Source: Adineta vaga (lineage: Eukaryota > Animalia > Rotifera). From it: 64,000 bases of DNA. The translations under genes were made by a program, and so were the position numbers. The stretch lies in the NCBI GenBank assembly GCA_021613535.1, contig CP075492.1, positions 15,810,001 to 15,874,000 of the forward strand, written 5' to 3'. The notes under the pieces were generated by a model. The model was not told the origin of the DNA. It worked only from the letters and a program-made list of their open reading frames with translations, and did not search any database. Shown piece by piece: positions 52,068 through 64,000 of this stretch (position 1 is its first letter; every line of letters starts with the position of its first letter).

Positions 52068-55000
52068 ATGATGAAGCTGAGAATGTGGCCTAACTGGCTG
52101 TATCAAAAAGGATCAGGTTACAATCTTTTCATGTTAGAAGAACATGAATATGATGATAATAACGTTCAAGAACCAGCTGTTACACTAAAACATCAAAAAT
52201 ATAAAACTTGGCTGTATGTTGTTCTTCTCATAGGTAAATACAATGAAACGCTTTTTCTCTCATCAAAATGTATTCTTCATTCGAGAGAAAGTAGAACGTT
52301 TAATTCAGGTAAACTCACTTAGTCTTGTACGAAAGATGTCGACAGAATAAATAATATCGATGATCTTCTATATCTCAGAAAGAGTTTGCATGTGGATGAG
52401 AAGAGAAGGGTGGGGTGAGGTGAGGATTGAGAGTGTCTATAAGAGTATTTGTAAAGATATGATTTTAGTAGAGAGCAATGGGAAAAGTATGAAAGCAAGT
52501 ACCGCCAGCACATATCGAATTTTTCAGGCGCTTAGATGTCGGCACTTGCCCCCTTTGGTAGAGAGTTCCGCTTCAGTGTATACGACAAAAAATACTTGCC
52601 CAACGTTAAATATCACTTTATTCATAATAGAATTACGTCAAAGAGCATTTCAAACACTCTCTTCCAACAAAGAAGATACTAACTTTACCGAAATGGACCA
52701 TCCATTAGAAGGATTGTCAACGGAGTTATTTAACTATTTAATTATTAAAAGAAAATAATCATTCGATAACTGTCTTGTTTTAGTATGTCTCTATATCCTG
52801 TTCTACGTTACTTTGATCGAAACTAAGTCAGCGACAGTAATTATACCGAATGTAACAACTGATATATTCGAAGAACTTTCCTCCAAACATACTCGAACTC
52901 TTTTATGTCCCTGTTCAACCATAATAATACCATACAAAAACTTTACTTCGACCAGCGTAAGAATGTATCCGATTTGTTCAAGTATTTTCACCAATCCAGA
53001 ATGGATTAAGCAATTATATTTCGAAAATGCAAGTCAGCATGGAGTTGCAGATTTTCGAACAACAGCATATTCACAAGTATATATTTATTATGCAAAAGTA
53101 TAGATTTTCATGGTATGAGTAAATGAAATGTCGAGTTACTGTTTGATCTGTTGAATAGTAGGCAAATATTCATCAAAAAAATTTGTTTGGGTTTTCTCAG
53201 AAAACAAGATTTAATTTGCTTTATTCTATTTTGTGCATATCTCAATAGGAGCAAAACAGGATTAATTCCGGATTTCGTCTTCATATATAGCTATACATAT
53301 CACTATGATGTTCAGAATCTTTAGATTATTATTATTGAACTGAAATATCGAAGAGCCACTAAGGCGATATAGTTATTTTTTTACTCTCAAACAAATGAAA
53401 AGAGTTGTTTCATATATAATCATCCAACTACCTCTATATTCTTCTTTAGTTTCTACTTCTCTCCAGCTTCTGTACGCTTTCAAAACAAATTATTTCTCAA
53501 GTTCAGAATGAGTTTAACAGCACTGAACTCGTGACTCTTTATCTTCTTTCTGAAAAACAAATTCGAATGCAGATCAATGGAACAATCGAATATCTACGAA
53601 ACAGTAGAACTTCTCAAATGATAAATTTTTTGAGTTATTTAAGAAATACAAGTGAACATAACTATTTTATTTCAGCTCTGAATACGAATTTATTATTAAA
53701 AACAATCATTTGGGACGGTAAACCGATACGTACAGAACAAGAAGAAGTACAGTATACAATTAAGAGTGTGTCCACATGACGCCACTAAGAACCCGAGGCA
53801 CTACATTAAAAAAAACTTATCTCAGTTTTCGAAAGCATATAGAAATTCATGATTAGACATGATCACTATAAATTTTTCGCTCATTTTAATGCTCATTATG
53901 AAGAAAACGTTTTACAGGAAGCCAACAGCTAAGTCTACTAGAGTTCATACATGAAGAAGCACATCATTTTGTTGTGATTTATTGGTCTGCTTGCTTCTAT
54001 ATTAAACTATCGCCGTAGCCTATTAAAAATCATTTCCAATGCGGTTACTATTTACGGATTGTCAGTAAACAATTTACTAAAAATGTGCATTCCTGTAATC
54101 ATCGAAATGAGCTAAAAGAATTTTTATGTAGTGCCTCGTACAGAAGACTAATTTCTTAATGCTTTCATAAATGTTCTCTTGAAAATCACTTTTTTCAGTT
54201 ATGTCATCGACAAATAACAATAATTATTGCTAGTCTCAGTCAATTGACGATTGATACAATTAACAGCAATATTCGATATGAAATGAATCCAATGCCTAAT
54301 TCTAAGGTTGTCAATGGATTTTTCACAGGATGTACTTCTCTGGAAGCACTTCTTCGAAGTACATTAGATTGCTTATATCAAGAAGAATGTCTTCAGCTAT
54401 TACTCGATTATTTTCCAAATCTTACAGAAGTTTGTTGTTGAATAATTGGTCTTATCTCTGAAATCTTCTCTCTATTATATCTAGAATGATTTCAATCGAA
54501 ATAATTCCTTTTTATCTTCAGAACATGAGAATCGCTCTGTTTATGAATATTTAAATCATCTGTTCGTCAAAAATTGGTCGACAGAAATGGATTACACAAA
54601 ATATTTTTCTGAATGTTCTCCATCATCATGTTCATATTCAACAACAGATCGAACAGAATTAACTTATGCAATCACTCTTTTCATTAGTCTTTATGGTGGT
54701 CTCATCATTATACTTCGTCTTATTGTATCATATTTTGTTGATATTATTGTCAAATGGAAGTGTTGTTCGAAAAAGAGAAGTGAGAATTCAGGTAGAGTTT
54801 TATTCAAATTCTAAAGATGCAATGAATGTTAATGGATTATTTTCACTTCTAGAAGAACAAAGAATCGACAAGTTGAAATTTGTTCACACAGTAAAACGAT
54901 TAAATTTGTTTAAAAATATCAATGATCGAACAGAAGAAAGTATCAAACAACAGCAAATTATAACATGTGTCTATTTGGTTCTGTTGACTTGTAAGATTCT

Positions 55001-58000
55001 TTAGCAACGATACGATTTCTCTTCATTATCTCATTTTTATATTCATACACATTTCGTTCTTTCTAATAATAGGTTCAATTTGTGTTATTTGTTTATTTAC
55101 ATCATTGAATAGTGAAAATGTGACAATATCTGTAGAGAATCCATCGATAACAACTTACAATTCCTTAGAAATGTCCTATTCCAAGACACTTCGATGTCCA
55201 TGTTCTGATAAAGCAATACCCTATGGAAAGTTTCTCTCTTTATCTCCACGTTTTCATCAAATATGTTCGAGTATTTTCATTCATGAGCAGTGGATTAAGT
55301 CGTTGAGAGCATATGCACAATCTCAAGTTGCTATGGATTGGCGTCGTCGTGTATATATACAATTCCTGGTTTTATCTAATCTTTGTCGTTTAGCCCACAC
55401 GACGATCGATGATGCTGTGACTCGATATCTTTCCCAATTGTTTATTGTTTCTTCTGTCATGAATGAAACCGAATTCAACAAACAAGTCAATGCCAGTCTC
55501 GATCAACTTTATCAATCAATAATTTATAATTTTGGCTTGATGACAGATGTCGTCCAACTTGTAACGCAGGTTGATCAGCTGTATTCAGGAGCGTTCTTGA
55601 CCACTGGGTACTTTCGAGAACCTAATTTAATTACCAATATTATAACACATCCAAACGATTCACCTGGATCACTCAAGGTATGTTGTTATTATTGTATATA
55701 AATAAATTGATCGATTTTACTAATTTAATTTTTAATTTCAATTTCTCTTATATGGAGTTCCAGAGATTAATTCATCACGAATCATATGTGTTTGCGGTGC
55801 AAATCCATATTGTCAAAAACCAGCTATTATATATGAAGAGGCCTTTAAAATTGGAAATAATCTTCATGTGCGACGTATTCATAACATATCAGGTTGGGTT
55901 CAAACATGTTCGGATTTTGATTCTCTTTTGTTTTCGTCATTTCAATGTTTGTACGAAGATTCAGATTGTCTTGTAACCTTTCTGAGTTTTACTCACGAGG
56001 CATCTAGTATGATTAATGATGTACTCTTATCTGATACGGAACCGTTGATTTACAATTCAACAATGACTCGATTTCCTGCGAATATTACTGTTTCAATCAT
56101 GTTCAGAAAAGTGATGGTTGAACAATGGAATGCGTTGAGATCATATCAATCATTTTACTCTTCATGTGCACCTACTTATTGTACTTATTATCAAAGACAG
56201 CGTACACAAAATTATCTTGGAGTAATAATTAAACTAATTTCAACACTCGGTGGTATTACATCTTCATTGCGAATTGTCACACCTTATCTTGTTAAATTGA
56301 TGTACGAATTACTTGTAATTATCAAAAAGAAAACACAGCAACAACAACGAAACATACGAGATCGAGGTAAATGATTTATACGGAATAGCATCTTCATAGA
56401 TAGTTTTAAAATTCAGATGATGAACGGCAAATTTTTCACCCAAAGTAAAACATCTGTATATGACTATTCATTATATTTAATTTTTTCTAGTTCATGCAAG
56501 TTATGTACATCGAATGAGAATGGTGATAAGAAAGTTGATTAAACTTTCATCATCAACATTGATTGAATTAAATATCTTTTCATCTCGTGATCTTGGAAGT
56601 GATATTGATCGACCTACGGCTAAGCGATATGGTCGATGGGCAACTCGTCTTTTTGTCATTTTATTTTTCAGTGGTTTCGCAACTCTTGTCTTTTATACAA
56701 TCATTCAATCACGTAGTGTAACAGAAGTAGTTGATCAACCAACATTTATTACTTATGAACGTTTAAAACAAACGTATGGAATTAAATTAAAATGTTCATG
56801 TTCAAGAATAGCATTGAGCTATAATCAATTTGTGAACATCACAACAATATTTCATCCAGTAAGATTGAAATTAATTGTTTCATAGATCATAGAATGTAAT
56901 AGAGATATATAAATGATAGTTTTATTCGTTTTTATTCATAGATTTGTTCAAGTCAATTTGTTGATGAAGAATGGAGAAGCAATGTAATAAATGGTCCTGT
57001 TCCCAATCTATTGATTTATTCTTCAACAGATTATCGTCGATTTCTTTCTGCTCATATTCAATATCTTCAAGGGTTATGTCGACTTTCGAAAGAATCAGTG
57101 AATAATACTATTAATGAATTTCTAAACTCATTATTAGTCACTGTTGAACTTCTTTCCAAGGAACATTTTGACAAACGTATTAAGACTGTTATCGAACAAA
57201 GTAAATCAAATGTTCCAATTTTATTCTCTCTCTTTCTTTCCATGATTCAAACTGTTCATCATGGAAATGCTTTTATGACAACATATGGAACTAATCATTG
57301 GTATGCATCTCTTTTATTCGATAATGGACAAGCATTTGCATATACAAAACCGATGAGTTATGATAATGAATGTTCATGTGGATTATCATCAACTTGTACA
57401 ACTCAAGCAACGTTTCCTAATGGAAACTCGTCACAAGGAATTCCAATCGTAGGATTAAAAATGGGATGTTTACCAAGTGAATCATTTCGTTTATCAACTC
57501 TTGAATGCTTTTATAGTGAATCATGTCTTAATCTTATTTATCAATTTACAAACTATCCCAATTCATCAATTCCTCTTTCAATAACATCCACTAGTCGATT
57601 TCTACTAAATGCGACTGTCAATGAATTGATACAGAATGCATTTATTGAACAATGGCCAATACAAGCGGACTATCCATCGTACTATAATCAATGTTTACCA
57701 TTATTATGTTCATATGCATATGTTTCAAAGTTTAATGTCATATACATCATCACTCTTTTTCTCAGTTTTCAAGGTGGTTTAACATTAGTTCTGGAATGGA
57801 TTTGTCCAAAATTAATTCGAATTGTATTAAAAATCTATCATTATTATAGAAGAAAAAGAACATTAGTTCATCCTGTTAATTCGATTGAAATGTCAACAAA
57901 TGGTATCGAGATTGTGAATATAACATCTGAGTCTATAATATATATCTTTATTTATGTTTCTAATCTTAAATATTTCTTATTTAGAATGAATATTATTTCA

Positions 58001-59639
58001 CAAACTCGATCTCATCAGAGGATGATGTTCATAATTATATTATTAATATGTCTGATTTCAGCTGTTATTGTCTTTTCGATTTACTATGCTGGAAAGGGTA
58101 AGAGTAGAGAAAATAAGATATTTGAAAGAACAAAATTTTTGTTTTTTATCAATATAGTTTTAATAACAAATATAGCAATAAATAATATTGTGAATACAAC
58201 AACAAGTACAATGGCTTCAATATCTTCAATTACCTCAAGTTAGTATAGTTTCTTGAAGATAGATGAGAACATTTTCTATACATAAACTTAGTTTGAATCT
58301 ATCATCCTCCAATTCTAATTGTAAATGACTAAAGAAAATAATCTGTTATCATATCCAATTTGTTTTAGAATTGCCTTGTCAAGCCAAATTTCAGCAAATA
58401 TCATCGAATATTTCTTGTTCTGAATATGATCCTATAGAATTTCTCATCGCTACTAATGATTTCAATAATGATAATCAAGCTGATCTTATATATCTTTGTA
58501 CTAATAGTAGAATTCATCAGGCAGTTATATCGTTAGGAACGGGTGATGGAACATTTCAAGATTCAATGATAGTATCATGGGACAATTCTCATTGGATATC
58601 TGATATTCATATTGCTGATTTCAATAATGACAACCGATCTGATGTACTTTTCGTACCTGCACTAGGAAGAAAGGGTGATCTTAGAGTATTATTGAGCAAT
58701 GCAAATGGATCATTTGAATTTTCAAAGATATTATCATTTAATGATCTAAGCAATTTCTATTCAAGTTTTGTTGCTGATTTTAATAATGATAAACAACAAG
58801 ATGTTCTTTTCATAGACCACATTCTCGGGAAAGGAGTTTTTACTGTTCTACTCGGTAATAACGATGGAACATTTCAAATACAAAATATTTTATTATCTAA
58901 AGAAAATAGTAACAGACCAAGAGAAGTGAGCCTAAATTATGTTAACAATGATAATATATTGGATATTGTTGTTCTGACACTGTCCAATAACATTGATATC
59001 TTGTTTGGAAATGGTAATGGATTGTTTGCATCAAAACTTACATTATCTTTTAACTCATACACTAGACCACAACATTTCATTGTTGGTTATGTTAACAAAG
59101 ATAATTATTCTGATATTGTTGTATACGATGATGCATCAGGACACATTTATGTATTTTTTGGAATTGGTAATGGAACATTTCAAATACAAAAGCCATTTTT
59201 TACGACAATGCACGCTAATGGCAGGTCTCTAAGGATCCATGATTTTGATAATGACAATCAATCTGACATTGCTTTTACTTACGATTGGAACAGTGTTAAT
59301 TGTATCTTATTTAAACATCATAATAATAGTTTTATAAAGAATGAAAAAATCGTGATTAAATCCATTCAAGGTTTGAGATCAGCTATTGTGCATGATTTTA
59401 ATGGTGATACTCATTTAGATATGCTCTTGAATATAGCTAAACCTAATAGTATCTATGGATTATTTGGATATGGAGATGGTCAATTTCAGCAACAGATGAT
59501 TTATTCAAGCGATACTGAAGATTTGAATAATTGGTTTTCTTATGCTGATTTCAATAATGATAATAATCAAGATATAATCATTGCCAATATTAAAACTTTT
59601 TCCATCGATATATTCTTAAATGAACATGAATGTTCATAA
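52068..59639 (+). CDS. Large multi-exon membrane protein: three tandem TM/Cys-rich ectodomain/TM modules, an extra TM, Ser/Thr stalk and FG-GAP/VCBS beta-propeller
   Basis: Each module shows NLF...xYxxLL(TM), LxCPCS, F/MHxICSS, QF/YxxLxxxC, GC...STLxCxY...CL, W...YxxxCxPxxCxY and ISxxGGL(TM). Modules at ~52068-54780, ~54850-56370 and ~56490-57870; DFNND repeats at 58371-59639. Confidence 0.85.
53794..54138. mobile_element. Intronic MITE with CGAGG termini (Tc1/mariner-like)
   Basis: 13-bp perfect TIR cgaggcactacat / atgtagtgcctcg, extending imperfectly to ~38 bp; right end followed by TA, left TA absent. Confidence 0.75.
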
Positions 59640-60293
59640 TTGATGATGTCGTCGCTAACAATATTTTGTTTTATGCATTTTTCTTTTTCTCATTATGCTT
59701 AAAAATATTTATATTAATAAGATCATAAAATGTGACTTATTTCATCTATACAAATTTGGATACACATTCTTGAATGGAATCGTATCGGTTATTTTATATT
59801 TTAATTACGCCTAATATATTTAGAAAAAAACAATAATAATTTATGATACCACCGTCAAACTTTTGGTTAAGTTTCTATTACGAACGAGGACTGAGCAACA
59901 GAATTTTAAAAAAAAATGAAATACTATAACTCTCACCATTGACGAAGAACAAAACGCATTATTTTCGCTGAATTCTCGTCCACATAAATAGTTTCATAAT
60001 TCTAGAATACATTTCATAGAAGAAAAAACGTTTGTTGACACCGATGCGCTTGTATTTTCATAACAACGCAAATGAATTTTACCAGTTTTTTTCAAGATGA
60101 AAAACAAACATTCTTCACATACTATTTTATTTTCGATGACACAGCGGATTTTTTTCCAACATAGAGCATTATAAATTTAGCTTGTAAACAAAACGTTTCA
60201 CGGCATAGCTTAACAATTGTGCTTTTTGTATTGGCGGTATTCTATCAAACGACTGTAATTCTATTCATTGTTCTTTTCCGGATCTTGATCAAA

Positions 60294-62086
60294 ATGGAAG
60301 ATTCTAACGATGAATCCTCTAGGGGTGGGAAAGTAGCACTCTTGATCGGTAATAATGATTATACACAATCAGCTAATAAACTAACTGATTCTATTGAAAA
60401 CACGAATAAACTGAAACGATTGCTTGAAAAAGCAAATTTCAAAGTTACTCAAGCAAATAATTTATCAGAAAATGACTTATCAACAACAATAGCAACTTTT
60501 GCACAAACAACAATCGACGATAGAAATGCTTTGGTTTTGTTTTATTATTCTGGTCATGCCTGTCATGTTAATGGAGAAAACTATGTTATACCTATTGATG
60601 ACGATAAAACAGAGAAATTTGGAGATATTCCCTTATTAAGTTTCAAATTCAGCGGAATAATCGACAGACTTATAGATAATGAGTCGTCCGATGCAACAAT
60701 CTTTATTTTTGATTGTCCCAGACCATACACACCGAAAAAGGGCTTAGCATCTGCATGTAAGTTATTTTATTATAGCTTCATAGAAATAATCTTTTCGTGT
60801 TGCCAGCCAAGAATGAAGGTACAGGCCTAATTCTAATCAAACCACCTAATGGAGCGTTAATTCAGTTTGCTTGTGATGAAAAACAAACTATGAAAAATGC
60901 TCCAGAAACCATCGGTTATGATTTATACACAAAACATTTACTGAAAAATATCTCGAAAAAAGATACAGATATTATTAAAGTTTTCAAGCGTATATCTGAT
61001 GGTGTTTATGAGGAAAGTAATAGAAGACAAAGACCATTGACGATGAAGGAATTACATCATGAACCTCCAATCTGTCTGAATGAAGCTACGGATCGTAAGT
61101 ATGAATAGAGAAACTCTTTTTCGTATATACCAGTCAGAAATATTGAAATATTATATCTTGTATCCATTTTAGTAATTCCTCAAATTCCGTATAGTGCTAC
61201 ATGGAACAATGCAGGTTCAACTGTCATTGGCGGTCGTGGTTCCGGTTCTACGTTGGATAGATTAAATACACCTAAAGGACTTCGCGTGAAAAACAACGAA
61301 AGTCTTTTGATTGCAGATACAAAAAGTCATCGAGTTTTGAGTCATCGTCCAAGCACAGGAAAGACTCGAGTGGTGGCTGGTACAGGTGGGCCTAGAGATT
61401 TATCAGAACAACTTTGTCGACCTACGGATGTGATTTTTGATAAAAATTTGGAAAGCGATATTATTTCTGATACGAACAATCATCGTGTATTGTATTTGCG
61501 TCCTAAAACTGCAGGAAATCATACACGAGAATCTAAACAAATTTTAGGTTCGGGAGTGGCAATGGATAAGGAAGGTGCTCTCTATGTTTGCGATCAGCGA
61601 GGAGATGCAGTAATACGATATGCGGCGAATACCAGAGTTGGAACTGTGGTAGCTGGTGGTTATGGACAAGGAAGTCGTCTTCGTCAACTTAATCATCCGA
61701 CATTTGTTGCTGTTGGACGTGATCAAAGTGTGTACGTGTCGGACTCACACAATAATCGTGTGATGAAATGGATTAAAGGTGCTAAGAAAGGAATTATTGT
61801 GGCCGGTGGTCATGGTAAAGGAAATGGAAAAGATCAGCTTGATTATCCTACGGGAATCGTTGTCGATCAATCGGATACAATTTATGTAGCCGATTATTGG
61901 AACCATCGTGTCATGCGCTGGCGCAAAGGTGCGTCACATGGAGAGATTATAGCTGGTAACGCATTTCTTCCTGGAAATAATAAAAAACACTTGAATGGTC
62001 CCGAAGGTTTAGCATTTGACGAAGATGGAAATCTGTATGTAGCCGATTCTAACAATCATCGTATTCAAAGATTCAATATTAGCTAA
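60294..62086 (+). CDS. Caspase-like (peptidase C14, bacterial-type) domain fused to an NHL-repeat beta-propeller
   Basis: KVALLIGNNDY, FYYSGHA...NYVIPID, IFDCPR, IQFAC, YTKHLLKNI and QRP; NHL repeats LxxPxGI...YVADxxNHRV; introns ~60757-60807 and ~61096-61172. Confidence 0.88.
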
Positions 62087-62272
62087 ACTTAAAACTATTT
62101 ATTTTCTTTTCAAACTAAATCATTTAGAACCATTACTTGATTACTCATGTATTTTTGTATACAAAATATATTCAATTTATCTAAACTTCTCATATGACCT
62201 GCAATACTCGATGAGAAATCTTGATAGCTATTGTCATGGACTTCGTCCATAATTCTTTTTCTCTTTCTTATT

Positions 62273-62290
62273 CACCCTCACCCACACCTT
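62273..62290. repeat. Half-copy of the telomere-like element
   Basis: caccctcacccacacctt, ~190 nt after the caspase-NHL stop. Confidence 0.5.
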
Positions 62291-62667
62291 GTTTTTGTTA
62301 TCATTAATAGTTCACAAATAACCATTTTAATCAAATATTTTTGATGTTTTAGGTACATGGGATGTACGTTTTATTTCATGGCTCTGTTTTATAGGTTTGT
62401 AGGTGTATGAATGGAAGAAAATAACAATAATATTTAATTGAATATCAAAGACTTGTCTTTCAAATGAAGCTTAGCCGTTTTGATAAAAATAGACCTTGGT
62501 AATTGATCTAACTGTTAATCATTTTTCGTTTTGAAGTATCATATTTTCAATTTCTATTTCTTTTTTAAAATTAGAATATGGAATAGATGAAATCAATATT
62601 TAAATCTCTTGCAGTAGTAGTTATAAACGATCGTTTGAAATAAAAAGAACAGACATCGATCACTAGA

Positions 62668-63896
62668 ATGCAGTACCATTTAACAATACTTGTCATTTCA
62701 CTATTGGTAAATTTTTGTGTTAGTCTACAACCGGCAGATAAAAATGCTAATGCTAAAACAAGAGCAATTTTCGACTTCATAGGAGGATTACCACAGCAAG
62801 GTAAGTTTATTTTAGATTGTAGAATTATGACTATTTCAAATATGATAGGTAAATATCTATCGGGTCAATTTGCTGGATGGTCGAATATTAGTTTTAATTT
62901 GAGTCAAATAAACGAAATCGAAAATTTAACTGGACATACTCCAGCTTTAATTGGATGTGATTATGCTGCTGGATGGGCTACTGGGCCACCTCCATCGCAA
63001 ATCGATTATTCGTGTAATGAATATTTAAAAGATCATTCAAATAAACGTGGTTTAGTTCAAATCGAGGATCATTTTCCAAATCCAGTGTTTCCAGATGGTG
63101 GTGGATTAAGAAATAAATCCAACTTAGTTTTTTCAGATCTATTGAAACCGGAAACAGAAACTGGTAAACGATGGAGATTATATCTTGATGTCGTAGCTGA
63201 AGGTTTAAATGATTTACAGCAAGCAGATGTTACTGCCTTATATCGACCTTTTCATGAAATGAATGGAGGTTGGTTTTGGTGGGGACAACAAGTAAGATAA
63301 GGTTCTTTTTTATTTTTATTAAATATAAAAATCTAAATCATGAATTTGTATTTAGAATCCTTCAGAATTTCATGCAGTCTGGCAGTCATTATTTGATTAT
63401 TTTTGTAATGAAAAAAATTTACATAATCTTCTATGGGTATTTGCACCAGATCAAGGTGCTCCAACTCCATCAATGTATTATCCAGGTGATGATTATGTTG
63501 ATATTGTTGCACTTGATGTTTATGTTGATGATCCTGTAAGATTTAAAACTTTAGTTTTTATGTATAATATCTAAAAATCGAAAATAATTTTCTTGGTTTT
63601 AGGAGAAGACACATGGATATGATGAAATGATAAAATTAAATAAACCATTTGCATTAGGTGAAGTTGGTCCACATACTCCTAATGGAAGTTTTGATTATAG
63701 CTTATGGTATTAATTTATTTATTAAGAAAAAGAATTCTTATTTAATTTGTTTTTATTTAGGTCAACTGCAATTCCAAATCACTTTAAATTAGTGTCATAT
63801 TTTCATGCATGGAATGATATGTGGTCACCAATTAGAGAAAAAAATGCCTATGCATTATACAACAATCCACATGTCATCAATCGGGATCAAATTTAA
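62668..63896 (+). CDS. Secreted GH26 endo-beta-1,4-mannanase, bacterial type
   Basis: Signal peptide, LSGQ, RPFHEMNGGWFWWG (acid/base Glu), YYPGDDYVDIVALDVY and KPFALGEVG (nucleophile Glu); introns 62801-62848, 63292-63355, 63536-63602, ~63707-63760. Confidence 0.93.
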
Positions 63897-63984
63897 TTTA
63901 GAATTATTCCTCATTAGTTTTAATGATTAATAAAAAGCAGATTTGAAAAAAAGAGAAGCTTTCATTATTTGATTATCGAAAGTT

Positions 63985-64000
63985 TTGAGGGTGTGTATGG
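63985..64000. repeat. Left arm of a telomere-like hairpin element (cut by window end)
   Basis: ttgagggtgtgtatgg has the same start as the 36365 copy and lies ~50 nt after AATAAA 63929. Confidence 0.6.

Noticed and set aside
52360-52758. 132-aa ORF
   Set aside because: Lies inside the first intron of the triple-module gene and has no motif.
1-64000. tRNA, rRNA, or autonomous transposase/reverse transcriptase genes; prokaryotic contamination
   Set aside because: None recognised by eye. Several of the bacterial-type genes carry spliceosomal introns and all are interleaved with metazoan genes.

Overview
AT-rich eukaryotic genomic DNA with many short GT-AG introns (~48-65 nt). The gene families (F-box/LRR, ART-TPR, LDLa/EGF-7TM, NHL, FG-GAP, orphan GPCRs), several apparently foreign enzymes and GGGTGT telomere-like motifs all point to a bdelloid rotifer (Adineta/Rotaria-like); this assignment is inference. 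The window holds about 20 genes plus several decayed copies. Candidate horizontally acquired genes: PQQ-type sorbosone dehydrogenase, fungal-type NRT2 nitrate transporter, nucleoside hydrolase, 2OG-Fe(II) oxygenase, GH26 mannanase and a caspase-like-NHL fusion. Also present: a CCDC171-like gene, two GPCRs, tandem vWA genes, an EB-module protein, an ART/zinc-repeat protein and a catalytically dead papain. Most notable: (1) two large genes built from tandem 'TM - Cys-rich ectodomain - TM' modules (three in the complete copy) ending in an FG-GAP propeller; (2) a dispersed family of ~45-65 nt hairpins made of facing telomere-like GGGTGT/ACACCC repeats, mostly just past poly(A) signals; (3) two putative foreign genes each sandwiched between direct duplications of host DNA; (4) a clean gene-conversion tract between the vWA paralogs. 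Exon boundaries were read by eye and are approximate unless stated.
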